Assembly: GCF_009834535.1 (NCBI RefSeq)
Contig: NC_045707.1
Span: 62,808,001 to 62,872,000 of the forward strand
DNA length: 64,000 bases
Origin: Camelus ferus
Taxonomy: Eukaryota
Direction of reading: 5' to 3'
Shown here: piece after piece, positions 38,660 through 52,233 of the stretch
Position numbering within the stretch: position 1 is the stretch's first letter
How the letters are laid out: the number at the start of each line of letters is the position of its first letter
Position numbers and translations under genes: made by a program
Notes under the pieces: model-generated
The model's input: only the letters and a program-made list of their open reading frames with translations
Told to the model about the DNA's origin: nothing
Databases searched by the model: none

Positions 38660-40830
38660 ATTCGATATAAAAAATAAAAAGAATATAAAAGAACTAAATA
38701 CAAATATGTTGGTGAATAGATTATTTTCACATATATAAAAATTAAATTATTGGATTAGATTCTTAAAATATATACAACCACTGAGATAAAACATAATATA
38801 GAAGGTAAAGGAATGGAAAATAATACATATGAAAGAAATGTAAAACTAAAGAATGTTGGTAAAGTACTACTATTATCAGATAAAATAGATTTTAAGGTAA
38901 AAAGCATTATTAGGGATAAAGAAGGCCATTACACAGCATAAGGAAAAACCTGTAGAAAAATATGATAATGCTGAATTTTATGCATACAACAATAAACCCT
39001 CCAAATAGATAAATTTAAGATAGACAGAATTACAGGGATAAATTGAAAAAAAAATCACACTTACAGTAGGAGTGTTTTTAACATATCATAGTCAGAAAGA
39101 TAGGAATAAGCAAAGCAAACCAAATTAGCATACGTATAGAATATTAACTCATTGAAATTTTATAGATTATCCATTTTTTCAAGAACACTAGAAAATTTAT
39201 AAATATTAATCATTTACTAAAGTAGAAAAATGTTTCAACAAAACTAAATAATCCATATCATCTAAGACATAAAGTTCTCTTATTAAAATAAAATAAAAAA
39301 TTGAAACAACAGCACAAAAAAACTCTAAAACTCCATGTATATAGAAGGTTAAAAACATGTTTCTGAATAACCTCTAATCCAGAGAGAAATCATAAAGAAA
39401 ATTATATGAATCTACATATGCTAAATATGTTACAATTTTTTTCAGAATAAGCATTATAAGTAAAAATAGGATTATAACTTCCAAAAATTGAGTGAAAACT
39501 ATACACTTGCATATACACGTACGTACATACATGCATACATAGGTAAGAAAGAATGAAAGGAGGAAAAAATATGTAAGATAGGGTAAAAAGAGAAAACAAA
39601 TAAAAACAGGCAAAAAGGGTACTAAATAGTACTACAAAATTTATTCAAAAAGAGAAAAACATAGGATGAAAGGAAAAATTCTGAAAATACTAAAAATCAT
39701 GATAAATATAAATCAACTCAGCATATCAGTTAAAAGAAATGCATATTTTATTTTATTTAAAGCTGTATGTTCTTTAAGAGAAACACACCTAGAAGACAAG
39801 GACCTTGTAATATTGCAAGGAAAACGATTTTTTAAATGCATTCTGGTTAAATACTAACTGAAATAAACTAGACAGATAGATAATATATAGATAGATCAGC
39901 TTAGAAATGACTGTAAGAGAAAGCCTATTAGCAATAGAGAGAGTTACTGTAAGGAAGAAAGATCTAACCCACTTCATTAAAATTAAAAGTCAATATGATA
40001 AAGGATACAATCAACATAACGAAAAGAAAGGTCATAAGAAAAGATACTTTCAAACCTATAATTAATAAATGATAAATATACAGAAATACATAAAACTGTA
40101 AATAAGAATGAAATAAGCAACATGTAACTAGGAAACAAACATTCCAAAGGAAAAAAAAATGGGCAATAGAAATGGAAATCAATTCATCAAAGTGGAAGCA
40201 CAAACAATTGCAACATGAGAAGATGCTTAAAATCCTGATTAGTTAATGAATGTAAATATTAAATGAATGGAAGGAAGCTTTTTTCACCTGAGAAAATACT
40301 CTCCAAAAACCTGTATCAAAATCAAATTTAACGCTGAATCGTTGAAAAGACGACCCCACTCCCTGCTTCGAGATCGGGAATTAACAAAGACGTCTGACAT
40401 TACGACTTCAACTCAACATCATCCTGCAGGTCCTAGCCAGTGCAAAAACCCAACAATAAAAAATGAATAAAGGAATAAAATATATAAATATAGGGAAAAA
40501 AGGAACAACACTTTCTTTCCAGATAACCAAAAAATCTAAAGTGATCCATAGATAAAGAATTAATAAGGGATTTTAGCAAGCTGGCTATGAAGTCTTTACA
40601 CAAAATTAATATTTATATATACCAGCAGTTAGTAAAAAATTTAAGATACATTTACAAGAACCTCTTAAGATATCTAATATCATGGAATAAATCTACCAAA
40701 CTATGCAAGACTTTCACAGAAATCTGCATCACAAATTTAAAAAAAGAATAACCTAATAAGTAGAGAGATAATTGGAATACTCAATATCATTAGGCTATCA
40801 ATCCCTCCTCCAAACTGATCTACATGGAGA
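38660..40830 (+). mobile_element. Fragmented old LINE-1 ORF2 remnants (L1ME/L1M5-like)
   Basis: A-rich; 'tattatcagataaaatagattttaagg...agggataaagaaggccattac' (endonuclease region) and 'caacatcatcctgcaggtcctagccagtgcaa', 'tttagcaagctggct' (RT region). Confidence 0.75.
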
Positions 40831-40934
40831 CCAACATTATGTTCTACGTGAATGAGAAATACATTTTTTATTACATGAAGCTGCTAACATTTGTTTCCTT
40901 ATTACAGTCCTAACCTGCAGTAACTCTGGTCACT

Positions 40935-42010
40935 GCCAAAAAATATGAAGTCTGATAAGAGTAATTGTCAGGAAGATTTGGGAAATAGAAACTCTTACTG
41001 GTAAAAAAAAAATAAAATTTTTCAAGCTTGAATGGCAATTTGGGAATAACTAGTAAAGTTGAAGTTATAAATAATCTAAAATCCAACTGTATCTTTGAGG
41101 TAAACATTCTATGTAAACTCGGCACACGGAGTACACAGATGTAGTTTTGGTATTATACAAATGATAATTTAAGAACAACTTAAATATCCATCATTGTGAG
41201 AACAGACATAAGATTTGAATTCTACCATGGAAATAAATGAAGACCACAGGTGGAGAACAAGCCTAGTAAAGGAGTCAGCCACCATCACTCACCTTTGGCA
41301 GAGACGTGAAGGCAGGCAGAGGAGTGAGAAACCTGCAGAAACTGGGGAAAACAAGGCTTCAGGTGCACGGTGGTTGGAGGTTGCTGGCTTGGGGAAGTGC
41401 AAAGCATCCGTGTAATTAGTGAGGGGAGCATATTTAACTTGCTCTAGTTGGTCCTAAGGTGGAAGCAGGGACAAAAATTCCAAAAGCTGGCAGTTATTTG
41501 ACCCAGTAATTTACTGTCTTCGGCTGCTTGATGCAGAGGTTGTGGGTCCGACTTCTATTTTTGTACGTGGTATGGCAAGTGTCTGTTTGTCTATTCCATC
41601 TGTCACTACATGATTGTAGAAATAAGTGAATTAAGTTGTCAAGTATCAAAATAATGATTTCTCAAAATATAACATAGCTGAAAAAGTTGGAAAATTTCCT
41701 TAGGTAGTACAATACGATAGAATTTTAGGACACGATATTATATTTTACTCGGGGTGGGGGGAGCATGCAAAATATATAATAAAGTTACTAAAACACTGCA
41801 GAGAAAGGATACACGCTAACTTCGATAGCCGTTTCCTCTGAAAAGGAAATCAAGTGAATGGAGGGGTAGAGCTTTAGTGATATGTATAACACTTTATTTC
41901 TTAAAAATAAATCTAAATAAATCTTAAAAATAAATCTGGCAAATATGGGTTTATAAACCTATAGGTGTCCATTTTCTGTATTTTATAATAATCTGAATTT
42001 TCATATTCAA
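40935..42010 (+). mobile_element. LINE-1 3' end (L1ME-like) split by MER31
   Basis: 'aatggcaatttgggaataactagtaaagttgaag', 'aacaacttaaatatccatca', 'aaaggatacacgctaac', 'aaatctggcaaatatgg', 'taggtgtccattttctgtatttt'. Confidence 0.65.
41226..41605 (-). mobile_element. ERV1 solo LTR (MER31-like) nested in an L1ME 3' end
   Basis: Antisense 'ggaaataaatgaagacca', 'gagtcagccaccatcact', 'ggcaggcagaggagtg', 'gttggtcctaag', 'tgcagaggttgtgggtc'; perfect 4-bp TSD ctac (41222-41225 and 41606-41609). Confidence 0.88.
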
Positions 42011-42020
42011 ATTTTAACCT

Positions 42021-42124
42021 ATCTTTTTTTTTTAATTCCTGCTCCCTCCTCTTCTCCTCCTTCTCTCTCTTTTTTTTTTTTTTATCTTCTTCCTCCTCCT
42101 CTTTGTCTCCCACTTCTTCTTTTT
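42021..42124. repeat. Pyrimidine-rich low-complexity tract
   Basis: Poly-T plus TCC/TCT runs; explains the K/E-rich spurious ORF 41913..42113(-). Confidence 0.85.
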
Positions 42125-45100
42125 AAGAATAAATCTCATTCACCTGAGCCCTGGATGTTGTCATTAGCTAGCGATGGACATAGCACAGAGGGGAGTCAAG
42201 ATTTCCTTATCCCTCCCAGCTAGACATTAACAAAAGCATGAGGGCCGGGCTTATTATGTAAAACACTGAGGGATGATGGTGGTGACTGATAAACCTGAAA
42301 ATGAATGTTCCAATTAAAGCCTTTCAGACTGAGAACAGTTTAAAGCAGTGTGTAACCCGAACTGCCTTATTTGGCCCACGTGCTGCCGGAGTTTGAACCG
42401 CATTGTTAAAGAGCTCCCCGTGGGCTGCAATGAATGCAGGGAACAAGCGCACAGGACTTCAGAAGAGACAAGTGCTAATTGGAGCCGGCAGGGATGGAGG
42501 AACCTAGGGAAAATCTTCAAGGTCTGCAGAGGCTGGACCAGCAGCGCGAGGCTGGACCATTTCTTCAGTCCACAAACACTTCAGGAGCCTGCTTTAAGGC
42601 AGGTGTTGTGCCAAGTGCTAAGATTTCAAAGATGACCTAAAAGAGGTCATATTCTAAAAACACAAGAGTATCTTGAAATAAAGCAGCAGCAGCAAGCCTT
42701 AAGGAGAAAGGTTGCTTTGAAATATTTTCAGAGGACAAATATGAAAGAATTGTTTCCAGGCATAAGCATAGTAGGTCCTATTTATTTCCACCTGAGGTTG
42801 TGTAAACCAAAATAAGATATATTCTTATCTTATAAAGACAAGAACAGATGTTGACAAGAAGGGATTGGGAACCACTACCCACCCCAATAAATTGAAAAGG
42901 AAAGTAAGATATTCTGCAGGAATAAAGAATTTGAAAGGGTCTATAAACTGGTATCAAACGGGTAACCCTTTCAAATATTAGCCCCTAAAATCAGATAGAA
43001 AAAAATGTTACGGTAGGTACCTATGGGACACGGATGGAAGAGAGCCACCCTGCAGGTCAGGGACACTGTGGGGACACACAGGTAGGCCTCTCAAAGGACT
43101 CTGGTTTTGAATAGGTTCTCCATCTCTACATCTTGGCATAGAACAGACAGCACTGAACCACAGTTCTTCTGAAACAAGTGTTGATATCCTCAGCCGTGAA
43201 CTCACACGGGTCAGCCAGTTGTGAGGTGCTCTGCATGGGATTTACTTCTGTGAATAAAGCATTAAGGTTTCCCCTCTCAAGTGGCAGGGAAAGTAGAGTT
43301 CCAATTAGACGTCGTGGGAATATGTCATGTGTGTTGATACCGTCCATTATGTGTCATACGGGTTAAAAAAAGAGAACTGACCCCTGACTGATCACGGAAG
43401 AGAAGAGAGCAGACTGAAACACAGGAGGCTGCCCCTAGCGCAGCGGAGGCTTACAGGCTTTAGATCTCATGCTGTATCTATCATGTGTGTGTCTGAAATA
43501 CAGAAGAAAAAAAAATTAATGCAATACAGACATTCGTTCAGGAAAAATCCCCACATGACAACAACAACAGCAAACAAACCCATGTGATTTGACTGTAAAG
43601 GAACATCAACGGTATTTTAGCCAATAAACCTGAAAATCCATCACAATTTAATGTTAGAAATTGTTAAATCAGAAGGGAACTTCTCATAGTAATGCTTTTA
43701 CCCAAAACACTTATGGAACTCTTTCAGAATTTGTACTGTATTATTTGGCATAGCCTCAGACCAACGGTTTCTCTTTTAAGAGTGAGTTTATTTTTATCTT
43801 TATTATTTTTTAATTATGAAATATTTGGGGCATATTGGAAAATGTGGCAAATAAGATAAGGGCCATTTATATACTCAATATAGAACTGAAACCCCTTTCA
43901 TTGCCAAACTATACCAGATATCATCAAAATCCTGATTTTAGCTTTTAGGTTTCCATAGATTTTTTTTTCATAGTTATCATTTTGTTCATGTGTGTATGGC
44001 GAGAAATATTTCAATATACTTTTTTAGCAAATTTTTTTAAAACATCCAAACATTATTTAATGCCAACTTAAATAAACAGTCGTATGTTACTCAAAATCTC
44101 AGATAGCAATTTCAAAAGGGTCCATAAAAGTTTTGATCAATGGAAACAGCTCTGAAAAAGATGTATTAATTGCCATGTTTGCTACTCCAAAGAGTGCACC
44201 TTTAAATGTATTTTTCAGTATATCTATTTAAAAAAAAAAGTGAAAAAAGGTCAAGGTTTAGAACTTCATGACCATACATCTACTAAGAGATCAATAGAGC
44301 TGCAGACAAAATTTTAGAGTTTCTTTTTCAGTATTTCTGCCTTAAAAATAATCAAAGCTTGCTTTTTACATTATACATAAACCAATATGGAGATATACTG
44401 TACAATGATTCCATTGGTGAAATAAATTCTGAACTATTATATATTTTCATATTCAGATACTCTTTTGGTATAAAACTTTATAATATTTTTCTGTAACATC
44501 AAAGGCTTAATTTCTGAGCTACCTGATATATTAAAAATAATGTATTTCTTCCTTCTTTTAATCCAACTTCCTGGAAAGAACAAATTGGAATGTCTTAATA
44601 TGTTAACTTTCCATTAAAATGCACACAGATTTCTCAGATGTGAGGAACCAATTTGACAGCCTTATGAACTTTATATCTACTAAAATGCCTCCTAGTTGAC
44701 ATAATAGCTTTAGGAGCCCTGAATACTAGGATTGGAAGGAATCCGTCAAAATATATTTTTCCATTTGAGTCATTTCCCTGTGGAAGGCTACTTGGATCAA
44801 AGAGAAATCTTTCTGTTTTAATGAATTTACTATCACGTTATCTTGATTGTAAACAGCAACCCATGATGTGAATTGAGCAGGAATTACACTCTTACCTTTG
44901 GTCTATGACCCGTGTGATTAATAAAAAGATAATCATTCTTTTATCACTCATGTCTATCTTTAAGTGTGATATTTTACATGAGTTAAAGCCCATTATTCTG
45001 ATTAAAATTCACTCTCATCTTTCTGAGTCTACTGAAATTATAAATATATAAATACTATGGTTGTAATCCCGCTCAATCCATTGTAAAGCTTCTGCGATTG

Positions 45101-47619
45101 ATGAAAAGAATGCATAGAGCTCCACTCACAGTGCGGTGGGAGATTTCCCTTTGAGGAAACATGCCAGAATGGCATCGGTGGGCTAAAACTGGTTTTTAGT
45201 TCCCTGTGCCTAGATGATCTGCTGCCTGGCCAGTCTGACTCTGAGATCAGAAAGAATGGCCAAAATGATAAAAGAAAAATTATTGAGGAAGTAATGAGAC
45301 ATCTTAGAGTTCAGAAGGTAGGCCCTAACTTTCATTATGTTTATCATTATTATTTTTCAATAAATATGAGTTATAATAACTTACAGGTAGGCTAAGTTCA
45401 GCCAAGTGTCAGAATCTGTGAACAAGGTCCAACTTGTGCAAATTGCTCAGTAAGAGGAAGTACAAAATTCTAATGATGACCAGACAAATGGATTATTTTA
45501 GTTTTCAATTCTTTGATGGCCTCCCTACTTTTAAGCATTATGCTTAGTAGCATTCAAATAATTCTATCCAATATTTTTTCTAATCTCTAAAATGTGAAAG
45601 AGTTTTTGAAAATACTCTCTCTAGTAATAGTAGACACAAAAATTTTTATTGAATAAATAAATTTATAATTTAAGGAGGATTCTAAAATTATTCTCAGTGG
45701 TAAACTCTAGTCCTTGCCAACATGTTTATACCTAACATTTCAATTTCATATGGTAAATGATTAAAAATTATTTTCCCTGGGCCATACTTTATGGCATAGT
45801 CAGCTAATAAGAGGGTAACTAAGACAAGATTCATGGTAACAAGGAGTTCCCAGACTATAATAAAAAAAGACATGCCTCAAATTACTATTTATAATCTCTT
45901 GCTCTATGATCTTTTTATTGTAATTAAGATGCTCCACAGTAATGACCAAGTCTTGTATCTACAACTGTCTAATGAATGTTAAAGATCCTGATGTTGACAT
46001 GCTAGGTCCATTGGTGCCAAGTCAGTCCAATCAATAGGGTTAAGAAAACATGATGGGCTGGTCATAAGGTGGAAAACCTCTAGCTTTTACGGATGCATAA
46101 TCAGATTCAGTAAATCCGTAGGCTTCTGAACCAAGCAACTCTGACCACACAGGCAGTTTCTCTTTTCACAATATTTAGGAACAAACATCATGCTATCTGA
46201 TAAATTCTGTACAAGTGTTTTCATAACTGTTGTAAAAGCATAGAGGGAAATAACATTTTGCAGGTGTTGAACAGAGAAGAATTTCAGAGAACATGTAAAG
46301 TGGGGACAGAATTTGAAACCAGCAATACTTGTCAACTCCACCAAGGCCCAGGTGGGATTTCCAATAGCAAAAATGTGCTCTATGCTGCAGTAAAACAGCA
46401 GGACAGAAAGACTTGAGAAGTTACTGCACCAACCCCACTGAGTTCTGCTGCCTTAAAAACCTAGGCACTCCACTCAGAAGGTCCTTCTAACTCTATAGCA
46501 CAGTATCTCATTCTCTGTTCACAGGTAGCTACATGAGGTCATTCGTTTATTACTAGCTTTTCTTCTACACTCCTTTGTTTAGAGCAGCAGGGTCAAAGGC
46601 AGAAATTACCAGATGGTGGTGCATTATAACTTGAGCTGTGACCTCAGCAGAAGGAAGGGTAGAGATACCTATTATATAATATTACAGTCATCTATGCCCT
46701 GCCTGAAGTTATGAGCACCTCAAACTACTCTACACTGCATAAGGGTAGCTTTCTGTCACACTGCTACACAAATTACCTCCAAGAGCAAAAGTTTTCTTTA
46801 ACTAGCAGAGAAAAATCAGATACATGATCTAGACAGGAGGAATTTACTTAAGGTCTGTGCATTTCGGTAATCTCTCCTGCTTGAAATCTTAGAGGATTTC
46901 AGAAGCATCCAGAGAGGGTGTCCGCAAGCACCCAGCACCTAGATGACAGGGGAGGGGGGAAAGCAGCTGAGAAGAATCCACTGATCCTGTCTATTGACTC
47001 CCAACAGATCTAGGCCAGTTTCTCTTACGTGGAGAATAAAGCACAACAACAGAAAACAAGGAGGGGAATAAAAATAAGAAAAAGGAAAAGAACCTGAGTT
47101 CCCTGATAAGACTTTGCCCCTAAAATATTAGAAAAGAAATACCGAAATGTAGTCTGAGCAGAACATTCCTGATGTGATCTCTAGATAAGCAAGCAGAGAA
47201 GACAGAAGCCGAGAGAGGAGGACGGATGTTTGCACCCAGGTAGAGGGCAGGTGTTGGGCGGTGAGGACGCTGAATAACATCCTCTGAACAGAGAAGGAAC
47301 TCTGAGACCAGAAAGCAACACAGGCAACTCCGTAAAGTGTGATTATTAAGCTTACTGTGGGTAACTTGCACACAGGCAGGTTGGGGCCGACAGTGATCCA
47401 GAGGACTTCACAGCTGCATTTGTACCTCCCAAAAGTGGTACAGGGGGATTGAAGGCAGCCAAAGCTAAAAGCAGAATCTGACTACCAAGTGAGAAGCACT
47501 TCCTTACCGACGGGAACCAGAGGTTTTTCCCGCCCCCAGGAGCTCATGGCCATTAATCATCTGGGTCAGCAAAAAGCATTCTTCCAGTTTTCCTACCAGA
47601 TGAAAGCAAGGGTAAACAG

Positions 47620-48050
47620 AGGGGAACTTCTCTGGCTTGGGCACATTCCTTGTGGGTAGGCTAATGTTCAGTCACACAGAAAAGGGAAAGGATAGAATTG
47701 TGGACCTATGATGGAGCTGACAAAATGAAAAGTCAGAGTGGTTCAGCCACACAGCAGGGGAAAAGAGAGGTGGTTATAGCGAATAGTGGGCCATTATTTA
47801 TGTCTTTGTTACCGCCAGTTCTCATCGTGTCTCAAAATTTTGTGGGCAGTGTCTCCTATGGGTTAGTCATGTCTGAGCATCTACCCCAGAGCATGAAGCA
47901 AAAAAAGCAAAGAGATTTTTCTCCTGGAGGTATTGGGGGTGGGGGGAGAGGCCCCCAGCACTTTCAATCTCTAGTATCATGGTAGGGTAATTGTTCTTGA
48001 TGCTGTGTGAGGAAAGCAGGAACATCTTTTGGCAATAACTTTGAACACCA
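47620..48050 (-). mobile_element. Possible old LTR fragment (family unassigned)
   Basis: LTR-like composition ending near '...ttgaacacca'; I could not assign a family. Confidence 0.3.
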
Positions 48051-49790
48051 ATTTAGGGCGCCAAAGCTTTGGAACAAGATTGAGGCCATCTCAGGGAAAG
48101 AGAGAAATGTCCATACTCCCTTATATGGTTATATCTATTTACAGAAACATTATCAAGCTTATCCAGGATAATATACTTTGTTTTTAAATGCCCGCCTTCA
48201 ACATGATGGTTACAATATCCAATTGCTCTGTAAGGGAAAAACAAGAGAAATTTTAGAAAGTCATGAATTAAATGGGCATGGTCAACTTGCTGATGCAAAT
48301 CAGAAAGTTCTGAAAGGTTTGGGGAGGCTGGGTTTATGTCTTGGATTTTTAAATTAACATCTTATAAATATCTTACTTCTTGTCAATAGTATACTTTCCA
48401 CTTATCTACATGCATGGAAATATCTTTGGGTAGAAATGAAAATAAAATAGAAGGACCTTGGAATCTCAACTAAGTATTGTGGAATGCATAGTCAACACCT
48501 CCATACCAAACGGGGAAAAATTAATGAAGTTGGATGTTGAGTACTACCGGGAGTTAAAAAGATGTGGGCATTCATATGCCACTTGATTTAGGCATCTCAG
48601 CCCCTTCCCTGGCTTCACCAAAGCTTAGGGAAAAGGTAGTGGGTGCTATTGGTGATATCTGGTATCCGAGGCGGGGGAAATAAGTGATCATGATACAGAC
48701 TTTAAGAAAGTAAAAGGACTGCTGAAAACCAAAAAGAAATTGGCCAAGGTGATATCCTTGAGATGAGTGATGATGTACCAGGAGGAGGAACTTTGTAAAT
48801 ACCCTGTGGTGTGTCACAGATTTGATTCAAAGAATTTTAAAAAAGAAAAAGGATTCAAAGGCATCATATCATGGCTCCACTAAGTTTTGCGTAAACAAGC
48901 ATGCCTTACAGATGTTAGGCATGAGCTGGCAGGACACGCAAATTTCTCCAGAAGTTTTCTATCAGAATTATACTTAGAGAATCAAAAGGTCCACCTGAAA
49001 AGAAAAAATGGGAATTATCACTGAGAAAACTGAAATATAAGAAGTCTCTCCAGATTTATAGGGTTTCCAGCAGAGTGATGTGACCATTCAACTTGCAAAT
49101 CTAAAGATGAAGAATTTGCAGTTACTTGTTCAAAAACTAAATGGATGATGATAAAGCAAACGAAGAAAGTCCTTTTATCCAGAGATTAGAGCAAGTGACT
49201 GTCAGCAGGATTTTGCTTGTAAAACTCAGAAAAACTCAGACCTAATGGCCTGAAATCTGACAATGATGATTGTTAAGGAGAAATACATGGAACACCTGAA
49301 TTTCTAACTTACAAATTAGTGATACTGGTTGCTGTGAAAAGTACTTCAGAAATGAGACACATCTCACTGATCAGAGAGCCTGAGGATTTTTTTAAAAATT
49401 GCCTTCATTGGGCTTTTAACTGAGAAAGTCATAAAAACAAAGTCTCGTGTCTCCAGATGATGTTGTTCAAGATAGCACTGATCCTCTCAAATTCCTCTGG
49501 AAAGAGGGTATCAGATCTAAAGGTAATGTTTCAAAAAAGAAACCAGCTTTGATAACAGATGCTGTTTTCTTCAGCTTCAAACAGATTTCACAGCCAAATA
49601 TTATGAACTGGTGAGTAGGTTCTGGGGACCTGAATACCCTTGGTCCTTTGATGTTCAATATATGTCTTATGAACTTGGAAATTTTGAGGTCACTGGTTGT
49701 CTTTTTTTAGATATAAAATTTAAGGAATACATTTTTTCTGTTTTTAAGTAAAAATGAACTATATTATCATTAAATTAAAAAATGTAAATT
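48049..49790 (+). pseudogene. Probable decayed processed pseudogene, parent gene unidentified
   Basis: Plus-strand coding-like blocks: 48049-48354 is 102 codons with one TAA (48169); DVGIHMPLDLGISAPSLASPKLREKVVGAIGD from 48561; MDDDKANEESPFIQRLEQ from 49141; 57 open codons at 49441-49611. Blocks are separated by frameshifts and stops, no repeat family recognised, followed by a UTR-like AT-rich stretch with ATTAAA and an A-rich end. Confidence 0.5.
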
Positions 49791-49849
49791 TTAGAAAGTA
49801 TCTAATTGTATCCTCTATAGTCTTAAAAAGTTTTTAGAAATACCACAAA

Positions 49850-50290
49850 TGGGTAGATGAGAGCTGACATGATAAGGCAATGAACTAAAATGAAGCGATA
49901 GGTTGATAAATTACAGTTTTATTGAAAAGCTACATGAAATAAGGGAAGGAATAAGTAAATGCAGAAGTTAACAAAGAAGTATGTGCAATAGAAGCAGTAA
50001 ATATAAAAATTGGTCCCATAGAAAATGGTATCAGTAATGTGGAGGGAAAAATAGAGAATTCCTAAAGTGCATAGAGAAGAAAGAAGAAATGAAAATAATT
50101 TTCTATAAGAAAGACAGAAAATGGTAATTCAACCAGATGATAATTGGTGCTTATAAAAATATCAAAACCAATAATCAAATCTACAGTACAGAAATCCTTT
50201 CCTGAGCTCATATGACTCATGGTTTCAGATCAACAGTTCTTTTTGAGTGTGAATATTTGGTTATATCTAATAGGAAATAAGCACCTAGAT
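49850..50290 (+). mobile_element. HAL1/L1ME ORF1-like remnant
   Basis: A-rich 'gtatcagtaatgtggagggaaaaatagag', 'gataattggtg', 'agaaatcctttcctgagct' resemble ORF1 of old L1/HAL1. Confidence 0.55.
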
Positions 50291-50321
50291 ATAGTATAGG
50301 GGATATATGCCCTGTTGTGGG

Positions 50322-50325
<4 letters not shown>

Positions 50326-50358
<33 letters not shown>

Positions 50359-50364
50359 ACACAC
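50326..50364. repeat. (CA)n microsatellite
   Basis: Read directly; one CT interruption. Confidence 0.95.
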
Positions 50365-50394
50365 CCCCCAAGACATGAATAATCTGATTTGCTC

Positions 50395-51700
50395 ACACCT
50401 TAAGATTTTGCATCTATGCTCAGGGGTAAAATTGGCCCTTTGTTTTCTCCTTTATTCTGTTTTCATCCAGTTTCTTAGCAGGTATACGTGAGCATTATAA
50501 AATAGAGTGTCTACCTTCCCATATTGTCCTATGATCTTAAAATACTTTCTCAAAGATTGAGAGTACCTCTCACTTTAAATTTTCTTAGAAATTTCCCATG
50601 ATGTACTTGTGCCTTCCTAAGGGCAGATCTTTAATAACCATTTTTTTTTCTAAAGTTATTGTTCTAATCAGATTTCTTACATTTTCCAGAGTCAATTTTG
50701 GTGATCTATGTTTTATTCAAAATTACCTAATTTTAAAAACTGGGGGTACAAAGTTGTATATAGTGTTCTCTGAAAATGTTATCTTAATCTCTTCTAGACC
50801 CACAGTCATGCCCTCCTTTTTTCATTCCACGTATTTTTTTTCCCCTTTGTGCCTTTTCTCTAGTTAGCTCTTGATCATATTTGCCAAAGGCTTGTCTATC
50901 TTCTTGATCTTTTCAAAGAACCAGCTTTTCTCTTTACCAGTAAATTCTGCTGTTTTTGTTTGCTATTTCATTAATTTCTGGTTTTAGAATCAATTTCTGT
51001 TTTCTGCTGTTTAGAGATGTTTCATTGTTCTTTTACTGTATCATTGACTTGTGGGTTTAGTTCATTTCTTTCTACTCTTCTTATTTTCTAATAATTATAT
51101 TTAAAGCTTTAATGTTTTCTTCCGTCACTTTGATCCTTTAGTTTTTTTGTGGTATAAAACGGAGTGCAGAGAAAGTAAAGCATAGTGACTGAATGTTTGA
51201 ACTTTAGAACAAAACTGCAAGATTTCAAATCCTAGCTCTGTTACTTCTTACCTATGTGAAATCTGGTACAATATTTAAACTCCTTGTGTCTTAAAATGGG
51301 ATTAATAATAGCACCGATCTCACAGAGTTTGTTTTAGGATTAAATATTTGAGTGTAACTGATACATTTGAAACAGCATCTACACACGGGAAGCACACAAA
51401 AAAATAGTGGGTATTATTTTTAATGCTGACATTGTCATATAGATCTAAATAGTGATCTCTATTTTATCTATAAATGCAAGAATTATTTAGAAGTATTTTT
51501 GCTTTTTTTTAATGACAGGAATATTTGGTCAACTTTTAAAATTGCTGCTTTATAATTATTGTATTTCAGTTGTCAGTATCAACTTTTGGAACACGTTTCT
51601 GAGTCTCCCCTTAAACACAGCCATATATAATTTTGTTATTATATCACATATGTTTACAAGAATTTGTATTTGTTTTCTTTTGAGGATTTGCTGAAGCTTA
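50395..51700 (-). mobile_element. Old LINE-1 ORF2 fragment with a nested MIR
   Basis: 'gattttgcatctatgctca', 'gagtcaattttggt', 'ttgccaaaggcttgtctatcttcttgatcttttcaaagaaccagctttt'. Confidence 0.75.
51165..51420 (+). mobile_element. MIR SINE
   Basis: 'ttcaaatcctagctctgttactt...aaaatgggattaataatagcacc...tcacagagt...aggattaaat'. Confidence 0.8.
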
Positions 51701-52233
51701 CAATCTATTGCCTGATACCCAGCACACATAATGAGGAAGGTAGAATGTAGGAGGTTTTAAGAAAGGTGTAGGCTAGTCACTCCAGAGTTCCTTCTTTGTT
51801 TGGCTTCAACTAGCTTGAGGCACCATTCACAGAGGTAATTTCCTGTATGTGTCCTTAGCTGAGGCTTTTCTCTTCAATTTTACTTGTTTTTTTAACTTTA
51901 AGGAACTGGTCATAGCTTCAGGTGGATTTTTGTTGGATTAGTTTGTTTCCTTGTTATTTAAATTTTTATATTATTTCTAGATATTTGATACAGCAGGGTA
52001 AGGGCAAAGTGTGCGTTCAGCTCACTGTCTTGAAATAGAAGTTACAATACGTATCACTTAAATGCAACACATTGAAATCAATGTTAAACAGAAAAGTGAA
52101 AAAAAGGCAAAGATTTTTTTAGGTATGCCAGACAAGAAAAAGAAAGAAAGGTTAATAATACTAATATACAAAGAGAATTTGAATTACAACTATTAAATAA
52201 AACATTGTGGATATGTTTTTACTTTGATGCTGT

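Noticed and set aside
48049..48300. Assigning the retrocopy candidate to DEPDC1, SENP5, FAM169A or MDM4
   Set aside because: Only short isolated peptide resemblances from memory (e.g. FRAPKLWN vs YRATKLWN) that do not extend collinearly; not enough for a gene symbol.
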